64,000 bases of DNA from Barthelona sp. PCE (taxonomy: Eukaryota): contig JAUFOR010000002.1 of NCBI GenBank assembly GCA_040285745.1, positions 620,001 to 684,000 of the forward strand, given 5' to 3'. Both the position numbers and the translations under genes were made by a program. Numbering within the stretch: position 1 is the stretch's first letter; each line of letters starts with the position of its first letter. Below, one piece after another: positions 50,940 through 61,000 of this stretch. The notes beneath the pieces are model-generated. The model ran no database searches, was not told the origin of the DNA, and worked only from the letters and a program-made list of their open reading frames with translations.

Positions 50940-52004
50940 TTACTCCTCAGCGGGAGCGGGTTGCTCTTCAGCGGGCTCGGGTTCAGGAACAGTTTCCTCA
51001 ACCTTCGGCTCATCTTCTTCAACAACTTCATTCATTTCCTCAATGATCAAATCAATGTATCCTTGAATGACGGAGGAGATTTCGCTACCCATTCTGGTAT
51101 CAAAAGTGTGCTTGGATTGGGCGTGCTCTTCTCCAGCTGTAAAAGCAAAAGTACGAGGACTGGAACCCCAACTTAAAACATCATTGTAAGCAAAGGTTGC
51201 AAGGACTTCCTTAGAAGGGTTGCGAAGGACATGGATGCCCTGTACGTTGAGAGAGATAAAGACCTTAATACCCAACTTACGGTTGCCATCACTGACGTAC
51301 TTAACTGGGAAGAAGGTAGATCCATAGTAATGCCATGTTCGACAGACCTCAAGGTATGCCTTCTTGCATTCCTCAGGTGACTTATCAACAAGCTCTTGGT
51401 GCTTCATAAAGATAGCCTCTTCCCAAGCTTGAGGAGAGCGAGAAGGAAGCAATTGCTCAGGAATGAAGTTCTTAATGGTGCGAGTGAGATAACCAGGCTT
51501 GTGGTGCGTGGGGTTGTGGTTGCCAAAGTCAATCTGGACACAATAACTGGCCAGAAGGATAGCTTCATCAGCAGTGGGCTCATATCTTGAAGCAAGAACA
51601 TCTTCACGAACCTGAGCGAAAATGAAAGTCTCAGCAGACGGATCATCGCATGGAAGTTCGGGGTGCATAAAGAAACGTTTCCTTAAAAGGAAATAACAAT
51701 CAGGATCGTTGTTCCATGAATTTTTAACCTCTCCAGGGAGAACATCTGGACGGAGGTAACTCTGCCACTCTCTGTTAACCTCGTAAAGGCAGAAAGTGTT
51801 GCTTTCGTGCTGAATCTCCAGCTTCTCTACGACAGCGGCCAGCAAAACTTCAACTGTGTCTGTCTTTTGAATGGGGATGGTTGTTGAACCTCCATCGAGG
51901 AAGAAAACCTTGCACAAAACACTAAACTAGGTGTAAGTCATTTCAATTTATGAAAAGCGCGTCCTTGCTGCTTTAAGAGGGCGAGGCCGTCCAATGCATA
52001 CCAT
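50940..52004 (-). CDS. Stand-alone FERM domain protein with acidic tail (329 aa after splicing)
   Basis: M-FSVLCKVFFLDG...FLLRKRFF...FAQVREDVL...EAILLASYCVQIDFG...YLEVCRTWHYYGSTFF...YNDVLSWGS...EISSVIQGYI. An in-frame TAG at 51929-51927 requires an intron. Confidence 0.9.
51927..52001 (-). other. Spliceosomal intron (75 nt) immediately after the FERM-gene ATG
   Basis: On the minus strand: ATG(52004-52002)|GTATGC ... CTTACACCTAG|TTT. Confidence 0.85.
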
Positions 52005-52642
52005 TTAAAACGTGAAAAAGTGTACAATTTTGAAAACGAGTAAAATTTGAACTATGCATCTTTTTACTCGATAAATAGGTTGATATCTCAGTTTATCTGA
52101 TTCTTTAAGCCAATTAAGCTATTCTATTTCAGGTTTGGACCTTGTTTTCTTTACAAACTTGCCTGCCTTATCAATTCATTTCAAAAATGCTGATTTAACC
52201 CAAAAATCGGCAATATAAATGTTTTAACTATTATAATATGCGGTTAAAAAAGTAGTTTTAACTGACTACACTTTACAAAAAAATCATTCAATCAACATTT
52301 TAAAAATTATGTTATTTGCAGCTGATTTTTACTTGTTTTTAAATAGTTTCTAATTTAAATAAATGTCAAAATAACACCATACATAAATTTTTTCCTAATT
52401 CCTACATTTCCGTCGTTGATTACGGTTTTTCACTCACTTTAAAACAAATTATGGGGTTTTTGATGGGGTTTTCATGGAAAAATAACATTATTGAACTGAA
52501 AAAGATGCTTTACCATAGGCAGGCTTTTTTATTTTTAGATTATATCTTTTTGATCGATTTATATGAGCTTATTATAAAGTTTTTGGGCAATCATTATTTG
52601 TAAAACGAAATATGAGCACCTAAACTTTGTTTAACAATCATC

Positions 52643-53392
52643 ATGGATATCACTGCAGTACGATATAAAGATATTGAAACGGTGATACCAAGGGGTGCCT
52701 TTACCTCTTCTAACAGTTTTTTACTGCCAATAGGGGACGAACCAATTTTTATTATGGATGATGTTGAAGTAGATGATTTTGTGCTCAACCGTCATAATTT
52801 AGAGATAGATAATGATCTATGTGACCTCAAAACCACCAAAAGAATACCGCTATTCTCCTCAGCAATCTCTATATCATGGTTAATTGAACTAATATCTTCG
52901 AATAATGATATTTCCCTTAGTTTAGTGGACATAGGCTGTGGTAGTGGGCGTGATCTTGCATTTTATGGAGGTTATTGCGAAGAGATTATGCTTATTGATA
53001 GCAGAAAAAGGATGCTGCAAAATGCCAAGAACATATTTGACTTTTATGTTGATAACCAAAACATTTCTGTTCAATACAGTAACAGAAAGGTTAATGTTGA
53101 GAACTTTATTGATCAGGAATTCGATATTGTTGTTACCATCCTTGCTCTTGGTAAGAAAATGTTGCCACTTGCTCTTGAAAAATGCAATAAGTTCTTTTGC
53201 GGTGCTTTCTTTCACGTTGATGCAAGCATTATTGGTTGTTGTAACCCAAAAAAGGATAATCTTTTATTTACTGAAGATGAATTGCGAAGAATAATAGAAA
53301 ATGCAGATTTTGAGATATTACGCTTAGAAACTGTTCTAAAACCGGATGGGAGACCATATTTTGAAATTTTGGGTCAGAAAATCAATGTATAG
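52643..53392 (+). CDS. Class I SAM-dependent methyltransferase (TehB/Methyltransf-like)
   Basis: Motif I LVDIGCGSGRD, then MLIDS, FDIVVT and LFTEDELR. Confidence 0.8.
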   Translation: MDITAVRYKDIETVIPRGAFTSSNSFLLPIGDEPIFIMDDVEVDDFVLNRHNLEIDNDLCDLKTTKRIPLFSSAISISWLIELISSNNDISLSLVDIGCGSGRDLAFYGGYCEEIMLIDSRKRMLQNAKNIFDFYVDNQNISVQYSNRKVNVENFIDQEFDIVVTILALGKKMLPLALEKCNKFFCGAFFHVDASIIGCCNPKKDNLLFTEDELRRIIENADFEILRLETVLKPDGRPYFEILGQKINV

Positions 53393-53477
53393 TCCGTCAT
53401 AAGTAGGAAAAACAAATTAACCTGCTTTCAGTTTTTTCCTTTTCATATTGTATACAATTTTTGCTGGTAGCATCTAA

Positions 53478-54272
53478 ATGAGTAACACTGTTGGCTTTGA
53501 ATTTTCAATTCTTAATGATGTAACATCATTACAAGAAAAAGTTTCTAAACAAGAAAAAACCTGTACTGAGTTGTCTGATGATTTAAAAATCTCCATCAAT
53601 AAGTGCATGCTTGGAAAAGAAGCCATTTCTCGCCTCCGTTCTAGTATTAACAAGGAGAGAAAAAAACTTCATAGTAGTCAAAGAATTTTAACTGACCTAG
53701 TAGATAGACTCACATTTGACTTTCGCAAGTACAATATACTCAAGAATCAGACAACAGGTACGAGCAATACCATTGAAAAGTTGAAGGAACAGAGACGGAA
53801 GAAGATGACTCTTTGGAATACTCAATTAGAGTTGTTACAATCTTCATATTATTCATCAAACTTTATGAAAATCCAGATGGGAATCAAAAAAAAGACAGTA
53901 GAATTGAAAAAAAAGGTTTCAATACTTCAACAACAAGACAATGATAGAAAACAACTTTTCCAAAGTTTTAAGGAGTATAGATGTTTAAAGAGTCGATTAG
54001 AACACTTGCACGTAAAAGAAAATTCTATTTTGGAGAAGATTACAGGTATTTTGAACATTAACAAACTAAAAGAAGCAATTGAGAATAAGAAGAATGAATT
54101 GCTTACATTACAACGCGATAATGATAATATTGATGACCACATTCTATCTATTATTGATGACATTGTAAGTACATCCAGCGCTAACCATCAGTCACCTCCA
54201 CAAAAGTTACAACGTACATCTGTATCTTTTAACGCTCTTTACTTCAGTTCTGACAGTGAAACGATGCTTTAG
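53478..54272 (+). CDS. Coiled-coil protein
   Basis: ATG-initiated 264-aa ORF with K/L/E/Q heptad composition. Confidence 0.65.
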   Translation: MSNTVGFEFSILNDVTSLQEKVSKQEKTCTELSDDLKISINKCMLGKEAISRLRSSINKERKKLHSSQRILTDLVDRLTFDFRKYNILKNQTTGTSNTIEKLKEQRRKKMTLWNTQLELLQSSYYSSNFMKIQMGIKKKTVELKKKVSILQQQDNDRKQLFQSFKEYRCLKSRLEHLHVKENSILEKITGILNINKLKEAIENKKNELLTLQRDNDNIDDHILSIIDDIVSTSSANHQSPPQKLQRTSVSFNALYFSSDSETML

Positions 54273-54459
54273 ACATGATTATTGCCGGTTTTGAATAAAT
54301 AATGAACGTATACGTTCAGTAAAAACAATATCAAAATTTGGCTTTATTAAGGAGTATTATGCCGCGCATCCACTTCTGGTGGATCAGAAAGGAGTTTGTT
54401 GCTTCACAATATACACTCTCTTACTGCACTACTGTTTTACATTTTGTTCCTACTTTTTA

Positions 54460-57400
54460 ATGGTACCTTTTAAAATTGAGGATTTAGAGCGTTGGTTCTT
54501 TGATAGAACCGAGTATCTTAAGTCTCTCACACCAAACACTGAAACTGCTTATTTCTATGAAATTTTAGGGCTTCAACTTGAAAATGAACATATAAGCGAT
54601 CGAGAAACAGAACTCATGGAGAAGCTCAAAGAGCTTAATCCCGATCTATCCAAAATTCTTAATAACAGATATCATTATCGAATGTTTTCTACTGATCCGG
54701 ATACTTTTCTGGAATGGTTCAAGCTCAATGTGCCCATCACTGAGTTTGCAAAACCATCACACCGCGACCTTGAGCGTGACGATGAAGAGATTAAATATCC
54801 AAGTGAAATGGAACCAGTTGACATGGATAATCTCATTTGGGACAGATTCGTTAACCACCAACAGATCACAGACATCGTAGCGTGTGAATTCTCAAAGTGT
54901 TTCCTGGAAAAAGAAGAGGAGTACACCTTTATTATGCTCAAAGCTATGATTGAAAATTTGCATCAATTGATGCACAATAAGGTTGCCATAATTAAACGTT
55001 ATTTAACTCTTAGTGCTGAATTGGAAATGACTGTCAATCTACCAAGTGTCTATAGTCTTACTCTGGAAGAGTTAGATGAACTTATGGAGTTTGATGAACG
55101 TTTTGTCAATGATGAGAGTATTTTTAACCATCGTTTCAGTACAGTATATATGCCTGATGAAAGCTCGTGGGATATTGACACTATCGAAGGGTATCCTGTA
55201 CCTGAAGCTCTTGAGCAATACAAGATTGGTTTACTGTATGCAGCCTTGTATGCACGTTTTGAAAAAGGAGAAGAACTACCAATCGAGAGGATTGCTGAGT
55301 TGGTTGCAACTGGATGTCTGTCGAACGCCGGTCTATACCGCGAGAAGCAATCAAAGACACAAGTACAGAAGAAGAAAAAAAAGCACAAAGAAAAGTCAAG
55401 CAAAAAGGGGAAAAGTGTTGCTGTTGATGTCTTTTATGAAACACAAAATGTTTCGTTCCCCCGTTTTCTCCCCATTAAGAGCATTGATCATTCCCTCGTT
55501 GATCATTGGTTACTTCGTGGCTTTATGGAATGCCCTGATTATCCTGTGGATTCTGAGCACTTTGGCGCCGTTGCATTGGACCATATTGAAATCCTGAAGT
55601 ACCGCGCAACCATCTATACAGACGGCGCATTCCAAAAATATGATCGTTTTGCATCAATGCATAACAGGTTTGTTAATGAAGAGCGCTTTGTATTTCTAAA
55701 GAAGCTCAAGGAGATTTCCGAATCCGAGGAGTCAGTCACGATCCCTGTAATGATCAAGAATATTCCAGAGCTCGAGGTGCGCGTCTATCACCTCAATTCT
55801 GAGCTTCTCGCCAAAGACGGTATCACCCCTTCCGTTACGATGGATCTCTCAGGCTGGATTCCGAACTCTATTGAAAAATATTCATACGATTCTCCTGTGC
55901 ACATTGCACATGACGAGGAGTTCTCCTTCGATCTCCCCAAGCGCTGCTACCGCATCGTTGACTTTGTCAGTAAGGACAAGTCATGGCGTGTTCTCATCAA
56001 GAAGGGTCTCCTTTCTGTTCACATGAAACCGACCATTGATGGCCAAGAGTTAACCGTGTACAGTGGAATCCCTGAGAAGCTCACCGCCAAAGCGTATATA
56101 AATTGCGACATTTATTCAACTAATGATAATAAGGTGATCAAAATGCCATTTTTCTCAAGTACCTCGATGCAACATATTTTAATCGAGAGCGATGGATTTT
56201 GGCAGAATTTCTCTGTTAGAACATTCGGAGAATCGTTTAACGTTAAGCACAGCATCATTGGCTTCGATGAGACACTTGTTCCCGGTTCTTACGGCTCAAT
56301 CTTCGTATACCCCCGTGTGGAGGCACACGGTATCCCAATTGACCCGTCTGACGTGATCTCACGAGACGTAGTTGTTCTTTGTCATGGTGAGAGTGTTGTT
56401 TCCCGAAGATTCAACATCAAGGAGCCTGATCGTTTGGCTGAGCTCTCATTCAAGGTTCCCAGTGACACTAAGTCAATGGACGTCACAATAACTACATCCT
56501 ATCAGAAGGAGCGAAACGTTGCTGAAGATACTATCAAACAAACTATAAATTTGCAGTGTACTGTTCCCGAATCATTGCTGGGTCTGTGCCCAGTGGGAGA
56601 CTCTAACGACTTCCGTCTCGAGCTCAGATCTCCAACCGGTGATACCATCGGACGCACTGAGTTACAGTTATCTATGCATTCCAACCTTTTAAAAAAGCCA
56701 CATGAAGTTATCCTTACTACAAACTCCGATGGCCAAGTTCTGTTGGGTGATGTCTCACTCTTCAGCTCTGTCACTGTTGCTGGTCATGGGAGCTACAGTA
56801 TCCCACAACCAGTTCAGAAAGCTTCTTCTCGCACACTTTTCTCTATTGGTGGTCACATCATTGTGCCATTTAGTTCGGCTGGACAGGCGTTCACGAACGT
56901 AGAAGTGTTTAGAATCAGTCAACAAAAGACTATAATAGATCGACACGAAGTTACCATTAGTGTAGAAAATAAGTGCATAGAACTGATGCTTGAGCCAGGT
57001 ATGTACACCCTGTGTTCCAATACCCTTGTTTCAGGCCGGCATACACGTTTCATCTTTGTGTATGATGAAGAAGCACGATTCGATAATCAATTCATCTTTG
57101 ATAGGAAATTAGAGAAACTCATCGAGCAGTCTGAATGTCAAGGCGGATTCATCACTGGAGTCACACGAACTGAGGAGGGGCTTAGAGGTGGCGTCATGTA
57201 TGGTACGCCCACCACACGTGTTCACTTTTTCTCATTTGCTCATCATGTTGCTGCACAGAAATTTGCTAATATGTTTGACGTTCTTCCCAGCAGATTGCTA
57301 GAGACGATAACCGTGAACAAAGCTGGGGAAATGGCGTACACAGATGAGCGTACTCTATCATCGGTGGAGATTTACGTTGCGCAACGGCGTCAAAACGATT

Positions 57401-60400
57401 TCAGGCTAGGAGTTAATCTCTCGCATACCACTACGCTCCTACAGCCAATGAACGTGGGTGTGGCGTCGAACTCTGCAGCAAAGGAGTTTCGGGGCTCAAA
57501 ATTCGAGAAGAAGAAGAAGAAGAGAGAAAAGAAAAACTATTTGCGTCGAATGTCGTTGGATTCTGAGGATGAGATATTTTTTAACGATAATGAAAATGAT
57601 GTGAGACTCAATGATAAAATGCATCTACTGCAAAAATCAGCGGATTATCCACCACAAAGTTCATTTTTCGATGACAGAAAACCAAAAAGAAGGATGCTGG
57701 GATATGGTCAATCAAACTCAGTTTGTAGCGGACAATCGCTAAAAAACAAGCCCCTGTTGTCTTATTTGCGTCGTCCTTTCCATTGCAAGCTCAACGTAGA
57801 GATAAATGAAGATGGTTCATTCTTAATCCCCAATCGCTATTTAGACGATTGCCGTAACTGCTTAGTCATCATTGAAGACTATTCAATGGGTTTTGGATAT
57901 GCTTCGAGTTTTGCAATCCCAGAAGGTGTCGATGATCTTCCGATTCGTCCTCTGGAGTTACTAGAGAAGGATACCCTTGACAGAGACAGCATCTATGTCG
58001 ATGCACTGTTATGCGACACAACAGTTGATGAGTTACCGTTTGGAACACTGAGCAGGGTGTATAAGTCGGTCAAAGATTTGTGGATACTCTTCCAGGATTC
58101 TTTCGGTACGTTTTCACTCAAGGAGTTCGAGTGGCTGACAGAGGATCTATCTGCGGAGGAGATGAAGGAGAAGCTGCACACATATTGGTGCGACGAAGTT
58201 GCGTTCTTTATCATGCTTCAACGCCCAGACCTGTTTGACACATGTGTGCGCCCCTTCTTACACCACAAACTCGACCGCAACATGCTCGAAAACATCATGC
58301 TGTATCTCAACGATCCTGAGCATCTGATTCCAATGTTGCAGAAGTATCGTGAGCCTACATACTGGAACAAATTGAGCATTTTTGAGCGCATTCTACTGGT
58401 TGCCCTCACCGAAAGAGACATGTTTGTATACGCCAACGATATCATGCGCATAGGTGAGAAGAACAAATGCCAACCAGGTCAGTACGCTAAACTTTTCCGT
58501 ACTGCACTGCTCGCTGTCCCGGTTGATCTCTCTTCACAGAGTGTTGCTGAAGAGGATATATCACAGGAAGAATACGCTGAGCGTCGCAGGAACTTTTCTG
58601 CGTGTGAGAACAACATGCTTGACTTTAGTGAGAGTGATGGTGGTTTTTCTGATGTCTCAGACGAAGATTCATCTATTGTATATGACAGCTTATGTGATGA
58701 TGATGACGTTTTTGATGAAGAATACGATGAAAGATTGAATGAGATTCAGGATTGCTTCGATGAAACTGCTGCTAGTATAGATATGCTCATGGATCAATGC
58801 GAAACCTTAGATAACGAATCGATGAGCTTCTTCAAACAGACTAAAAAATCCTCTCTCTTTTCGTTTGGTGGTGGTAACCGCAATAGAGGTGGAATGTACC
58901 GTAAGACTGCACAACGGGCCCCCAAACGCAAGGCCGTCAAGCGCCCCACCGTCTACAAACCCATAATCGCGACTAAGAAGTATGTTGAGACATCATGGCA
59001 CGATATGGATAATAACGCTAATCACAATCTCTTTAGAGTTTCACGTTTCTGGGGTGAGTTTGCCCTCCACATGGCCAGCATCCCATATGAGAATCGCTTT
59101 GATCCAAGCAGATGGCAGCTGAAGAGCAAAAATGTCCTCTCCATTGTTGAGAGCACCGTCAATTATCACGAAGTCCTGTTCGCTCTCAGTTTGTTTGATG
59201 TGTCAGGCGATGTTTTTTGCCGCTTCTACAGGTCCTTCGGCACAGACAAGGACGTTGAGGCCAAGGAAGATCTTGTTGTACGTCAGCAGATATTCGATCC
59301 AACAACAAAGGATCCTAACACCGGAATGTCGTTACCTGCTGGAAAGGAGTTGCTGATCAACCATGTATACACATGTGAAATCATATGCTTCAACCTCTCA
59401 TCAATAGCAAAGACAGTGAGCGTGATGAGGCAGGTGCCTAAAGGCGCAGTTGCAATGCACATGCGGAACACATTCTCGTACCACGTTGAAGTTCCTCCCT
59501 TCAAGGCGAAGAAGATTTCGTTCGGGTTCTTCTTCCCGAGAGAGTGTGATTTCTACATGTTCCCTGCGACTGTATGTAAGCTCACCAATTATTTGGGTAG
59601 AGCTGATGTCATGGAGCGCTCTGTTGTTCGTTGTTACTCAACTGCAAACTCCATGTCCTGGCGACGCATTTCACTAAGAGGCTCGATAGAGGAGACGTGT
59701 AGTTTCTTGAGAGAGAAGTACGTTGCACCAATTGAGTACAGCTACTGTTATTGGCGTGCTAATGATTGTGCAGAAGCATTCAATATGTTGGCATCAACCT
59801 TCACTGAATTAGGTCACTTCGATGCCAAGTTCATGAGACTTGCGTTCAAGTTCAAGAATGAACGCTTCATGCGCCTGTACTTTAAGCACGAACGCCCTTC
59901 TTCAGCATCTGTTCTTGAAGTCTTTAAGTGCCAGCTTTTCGAGGTCAACCATCCTGAGTACCGATTCCAGGAATTCGAGCCATACGTAACTCAGCGCGTA
60001 TTCAGCTTGGGCGACCACTGGCAATCTAAGGAAGTCAGGAATATGTACTACAAAACGCTGAAGCTGCTCGCACTCAGTCATAAGCCTGACCCGATCCTTT
60101 GTGTGTACGCTGCGTACTATATGCTCCTTGTTGAGCGTTTTGCTGACGCCCAAAAGTACATGGCGTGTGTTCCAGCTGAGCACGACACACCGTTCACTGA
60201 TTTGATTCGTGCCTATCTCGATGTCATCAACGGCGACCTCACAGTTGCACGCGAGCTCGTCAAGAAGCACGAGGACGTCACGCATCTGCGCCTGAAGCCT
60301 CACTTTAAGGAGATCGATCTTTTGATCAGAGAACTTGATGGTGAGGATGTGTCTAAGTACCAGACCGTTGAAACCTTTGAGAAGGACGACCATATGGCTC

Positions 60401-60981
60401 ACAGATCACGCCAGCAGGAGATTGGACTCATTGAGGAGACTGCAAAGTACCTCAATCTGAAGGCCGGTAAGAATTGCGTCACGATCGACAGCGATTTCGA
60501 GGTAGTCAGTCTCTTGTTCTATCCTCTGGAGGCTGAGATCCTCTTCTCCAACAAACCATTCGATATTAACGATGCCACGCGCAAACCGTTAATTTCGCCT
60601 GCCGTTACTTTGGAAACCACCGAAAGGCGCGTCCCCATCCCTGAGGAGATCTCCAACAACTCTGTAATTGTGGAGGCACGCGGTAGCGGCGTCTCAAAGC
60701 GCGTTATCGTCCATCCTGCCAAGTTCGACGTTGAACTTCGTCAAAAGGCCGGTATTCTCGTCGCAAAATATAATGGTGTGCCTCTGCCCCGTATCTACTG
60801 CAAGGTCTTCCTGAATCCAGATTCACTATTCCTCAAGGACGGCTACACGGATCGTCGTGGTGCGTTTGACTACTTTAGTGTCTCCACTGGTGATCCAGCT
60901 ACTATCAAGCGTCTTGCAATATTTGTGTCAAGCCCAGACTACGGCCATTTGATCATTGAGACCAACCCGCCAACACTATAG
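54460..60981 (+). CDS. Very large uncharacterised protein (~2170 aa), possibly with macroglobulin-like beta-sandwich domains
   Basis: Uninterrupted ORF, first ATG at 54460. C-terminal PRIYCKVF...FLKDGYTDRRGAFDYFSVST...LAIFVSSPDYGHLIIETNPP. Internal LTTNSDGQVLLG, RQVPKGAV and FFFPRECDFYMFPATV. Confidence 0.7.
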   Translation: MVPFKIEDLERWFFDRTEYLKSLTPNTETAYFYEILGLQLENEHISDRETELMEKLKELNPDLSKILNNRYHYRMFSTDPDTFLEWFKLNVPITEFAKPSHRDLERDDEEIKYPSEMEPVDMDNLIWDRFVNHQQITDIVACEFSKCFLEKEEEYTFIMLKAMIENLHQLMHNKVAIIKRYLTLSAELEMTVNLPSVYSLTLEELDELMEFDERFVNDESIFNHRFSTVYMPDESSWDIDTIEGYPVPEALEQYKIGLLYAALYARFEKGEELPIERIAELVATGCLSNAGLYREKQSKTQVQKKKKKHKEKSSKKGKSVAVDVFYETQNVSFPRFLPIKSIDHSLVDHWLLRGFMECPDYPVDSEHFGAVALDHIEILKYRATIYTDGAFQKYDRFASMHNRFVNEERFVFLKKLKEISESEESVTIPVMIKNIPELEVRVYHLNSELLAKDGITPSVTMDLSGWIPNSIEKYSYDSPVHIAHDEEFSFDLPKRCYRIVDFVSKDKSWRVLIKKGLLSVHMKPTIDGQELTVYSGIPEKLTAKAYINCDIYSTNDNKVIKMPFFSSTSMQHILIESDGFWQNFSVRTFGESFNVKHSIIGFDETLVPGSYGSIFVYPRVEAHGIPIDPSDVISRDVVVLCHGESVVSRRFNIKEPDRLAELSFKVPSDTKSMDVTITTSYQKERNVAEDTIKQTINLQCTVPESLLGLCPVGDSNDFRLELRSPTGDTIGRTELQLSMHSNLLKKPHEVILTTNSDGQVLLGDVSLFSSVTVAGHGSYSIPQPVQKASSRTLFSIGGHIIVPFSSAGQAFTNVEVFRISQQKTIIDRHEVTISVENKCIELMLEPGMYTLCSNTLVSGRHTRFIFVYDEEARFDNQFIFDRKLEKLIEQSECQGGFITGVTRTEEGLRGGVMYGTPTTRVHFFSFAHHVAAQKFANMFDVLPSRLLETITVNKAGEMAYTDERTLSSVEIYVAQRRQNDFRLGVNLSHTTTLLQPMNVGVASNSAAKEFRGSKFEKKKKKREKKNYLRRMSLDSEDEIFFNDNENDVRLNDKMHLLQKSADYPPQSSFFDDRKPKRRMLGYGQSNSVCSGQSLKNKPLLSYLRRPFHCKLNVEINEDGSFLIPNRYLDDCRNCLVIIEDYSMGFGYASSFAIPEGVDDLPIRPLELLEKDTLDRDSIYVDALLCDTTVDELPFGTLSRVYKSVKDLWILFQDSFGTFSLKEFEWLTEDLSAEEMKEKLHTYWCDEVAFFIMLQRPDLFDTCVRPFLHHKLDRNMLENIMLYLNDPEHLIPMLQKYREPTYWNKLSIFERILLVALTERDMFVYANDIMRIGEKNKCQPGQYAKLFRTALLAVPVDLSSQSVAEEDISQEEYAERRRNFSACENNMLDFSESDGGFSDVSDEDSSIVYDSLCDDDDVFDEEYDERLNEIQDCFDETAASIDMLMDQCETLDNESMSFFKQTKKSSLFSFGGGNRNRGGMYRKTAQRAPKRKAVKRPTVYKPIIATKKYVETSWHDMDNNANHNLFRVSRFWGEFALHMASIPYENRFDPSRWQLKSKNVLSIVESTVNYHEVLFALSLFDVSGDVFCRFYRSFGTDKDVEAKEDLVVRQQIFDPTTKDPNTGMSLPAGKELLINHVYTCEIICFNLSSIAKTVSVMRQVPKGAVAMHMRNTFSYHVEVPPFKAKKISFGFFFPRECDFYMFPATVCKLTNYLGRADVMERSVVRCYSTANSMSWRRISLRGSIEETCSFLREKYVAPIEYSYCYWRANDCAEAFNMLASTFTELGHFDAKFMRLAFKFKNERFMRLYFKHERPSSASVLEVFKCQLFEVNHPEYRFQEFEPYVTQRVFSLGDHWQSKEVRNMYYKTLKLLALSHKPDPILCVYAAYYMLLVERFADAQKYMACVPAEHDTPFTDLIRAYLDVINGDLTVARELVKKHEDVTHLRLKPHFKEIDLLIRELDGEDVSKYQTVETFEKDDHMAHRSRQQEIGLIEETAKYLNLKAGKNCVTIDSDFEVVSLLFYPLEAEILFSNKPFDINDATRKPLISPAVTLETTERRVPIPEEISNNSVIVEARGSGVSKRVIVHPAKFDVELRQKAGILVAKYNGVPLPRIYCKVFLNPDSLFLKDGYTDRRGAFDYFSVSTGDPATIKRLAIFVSSPDYGHLIIETNPPTL

Positions 60982-61000
60982 TGGTAAAAGTAAATCTAAT

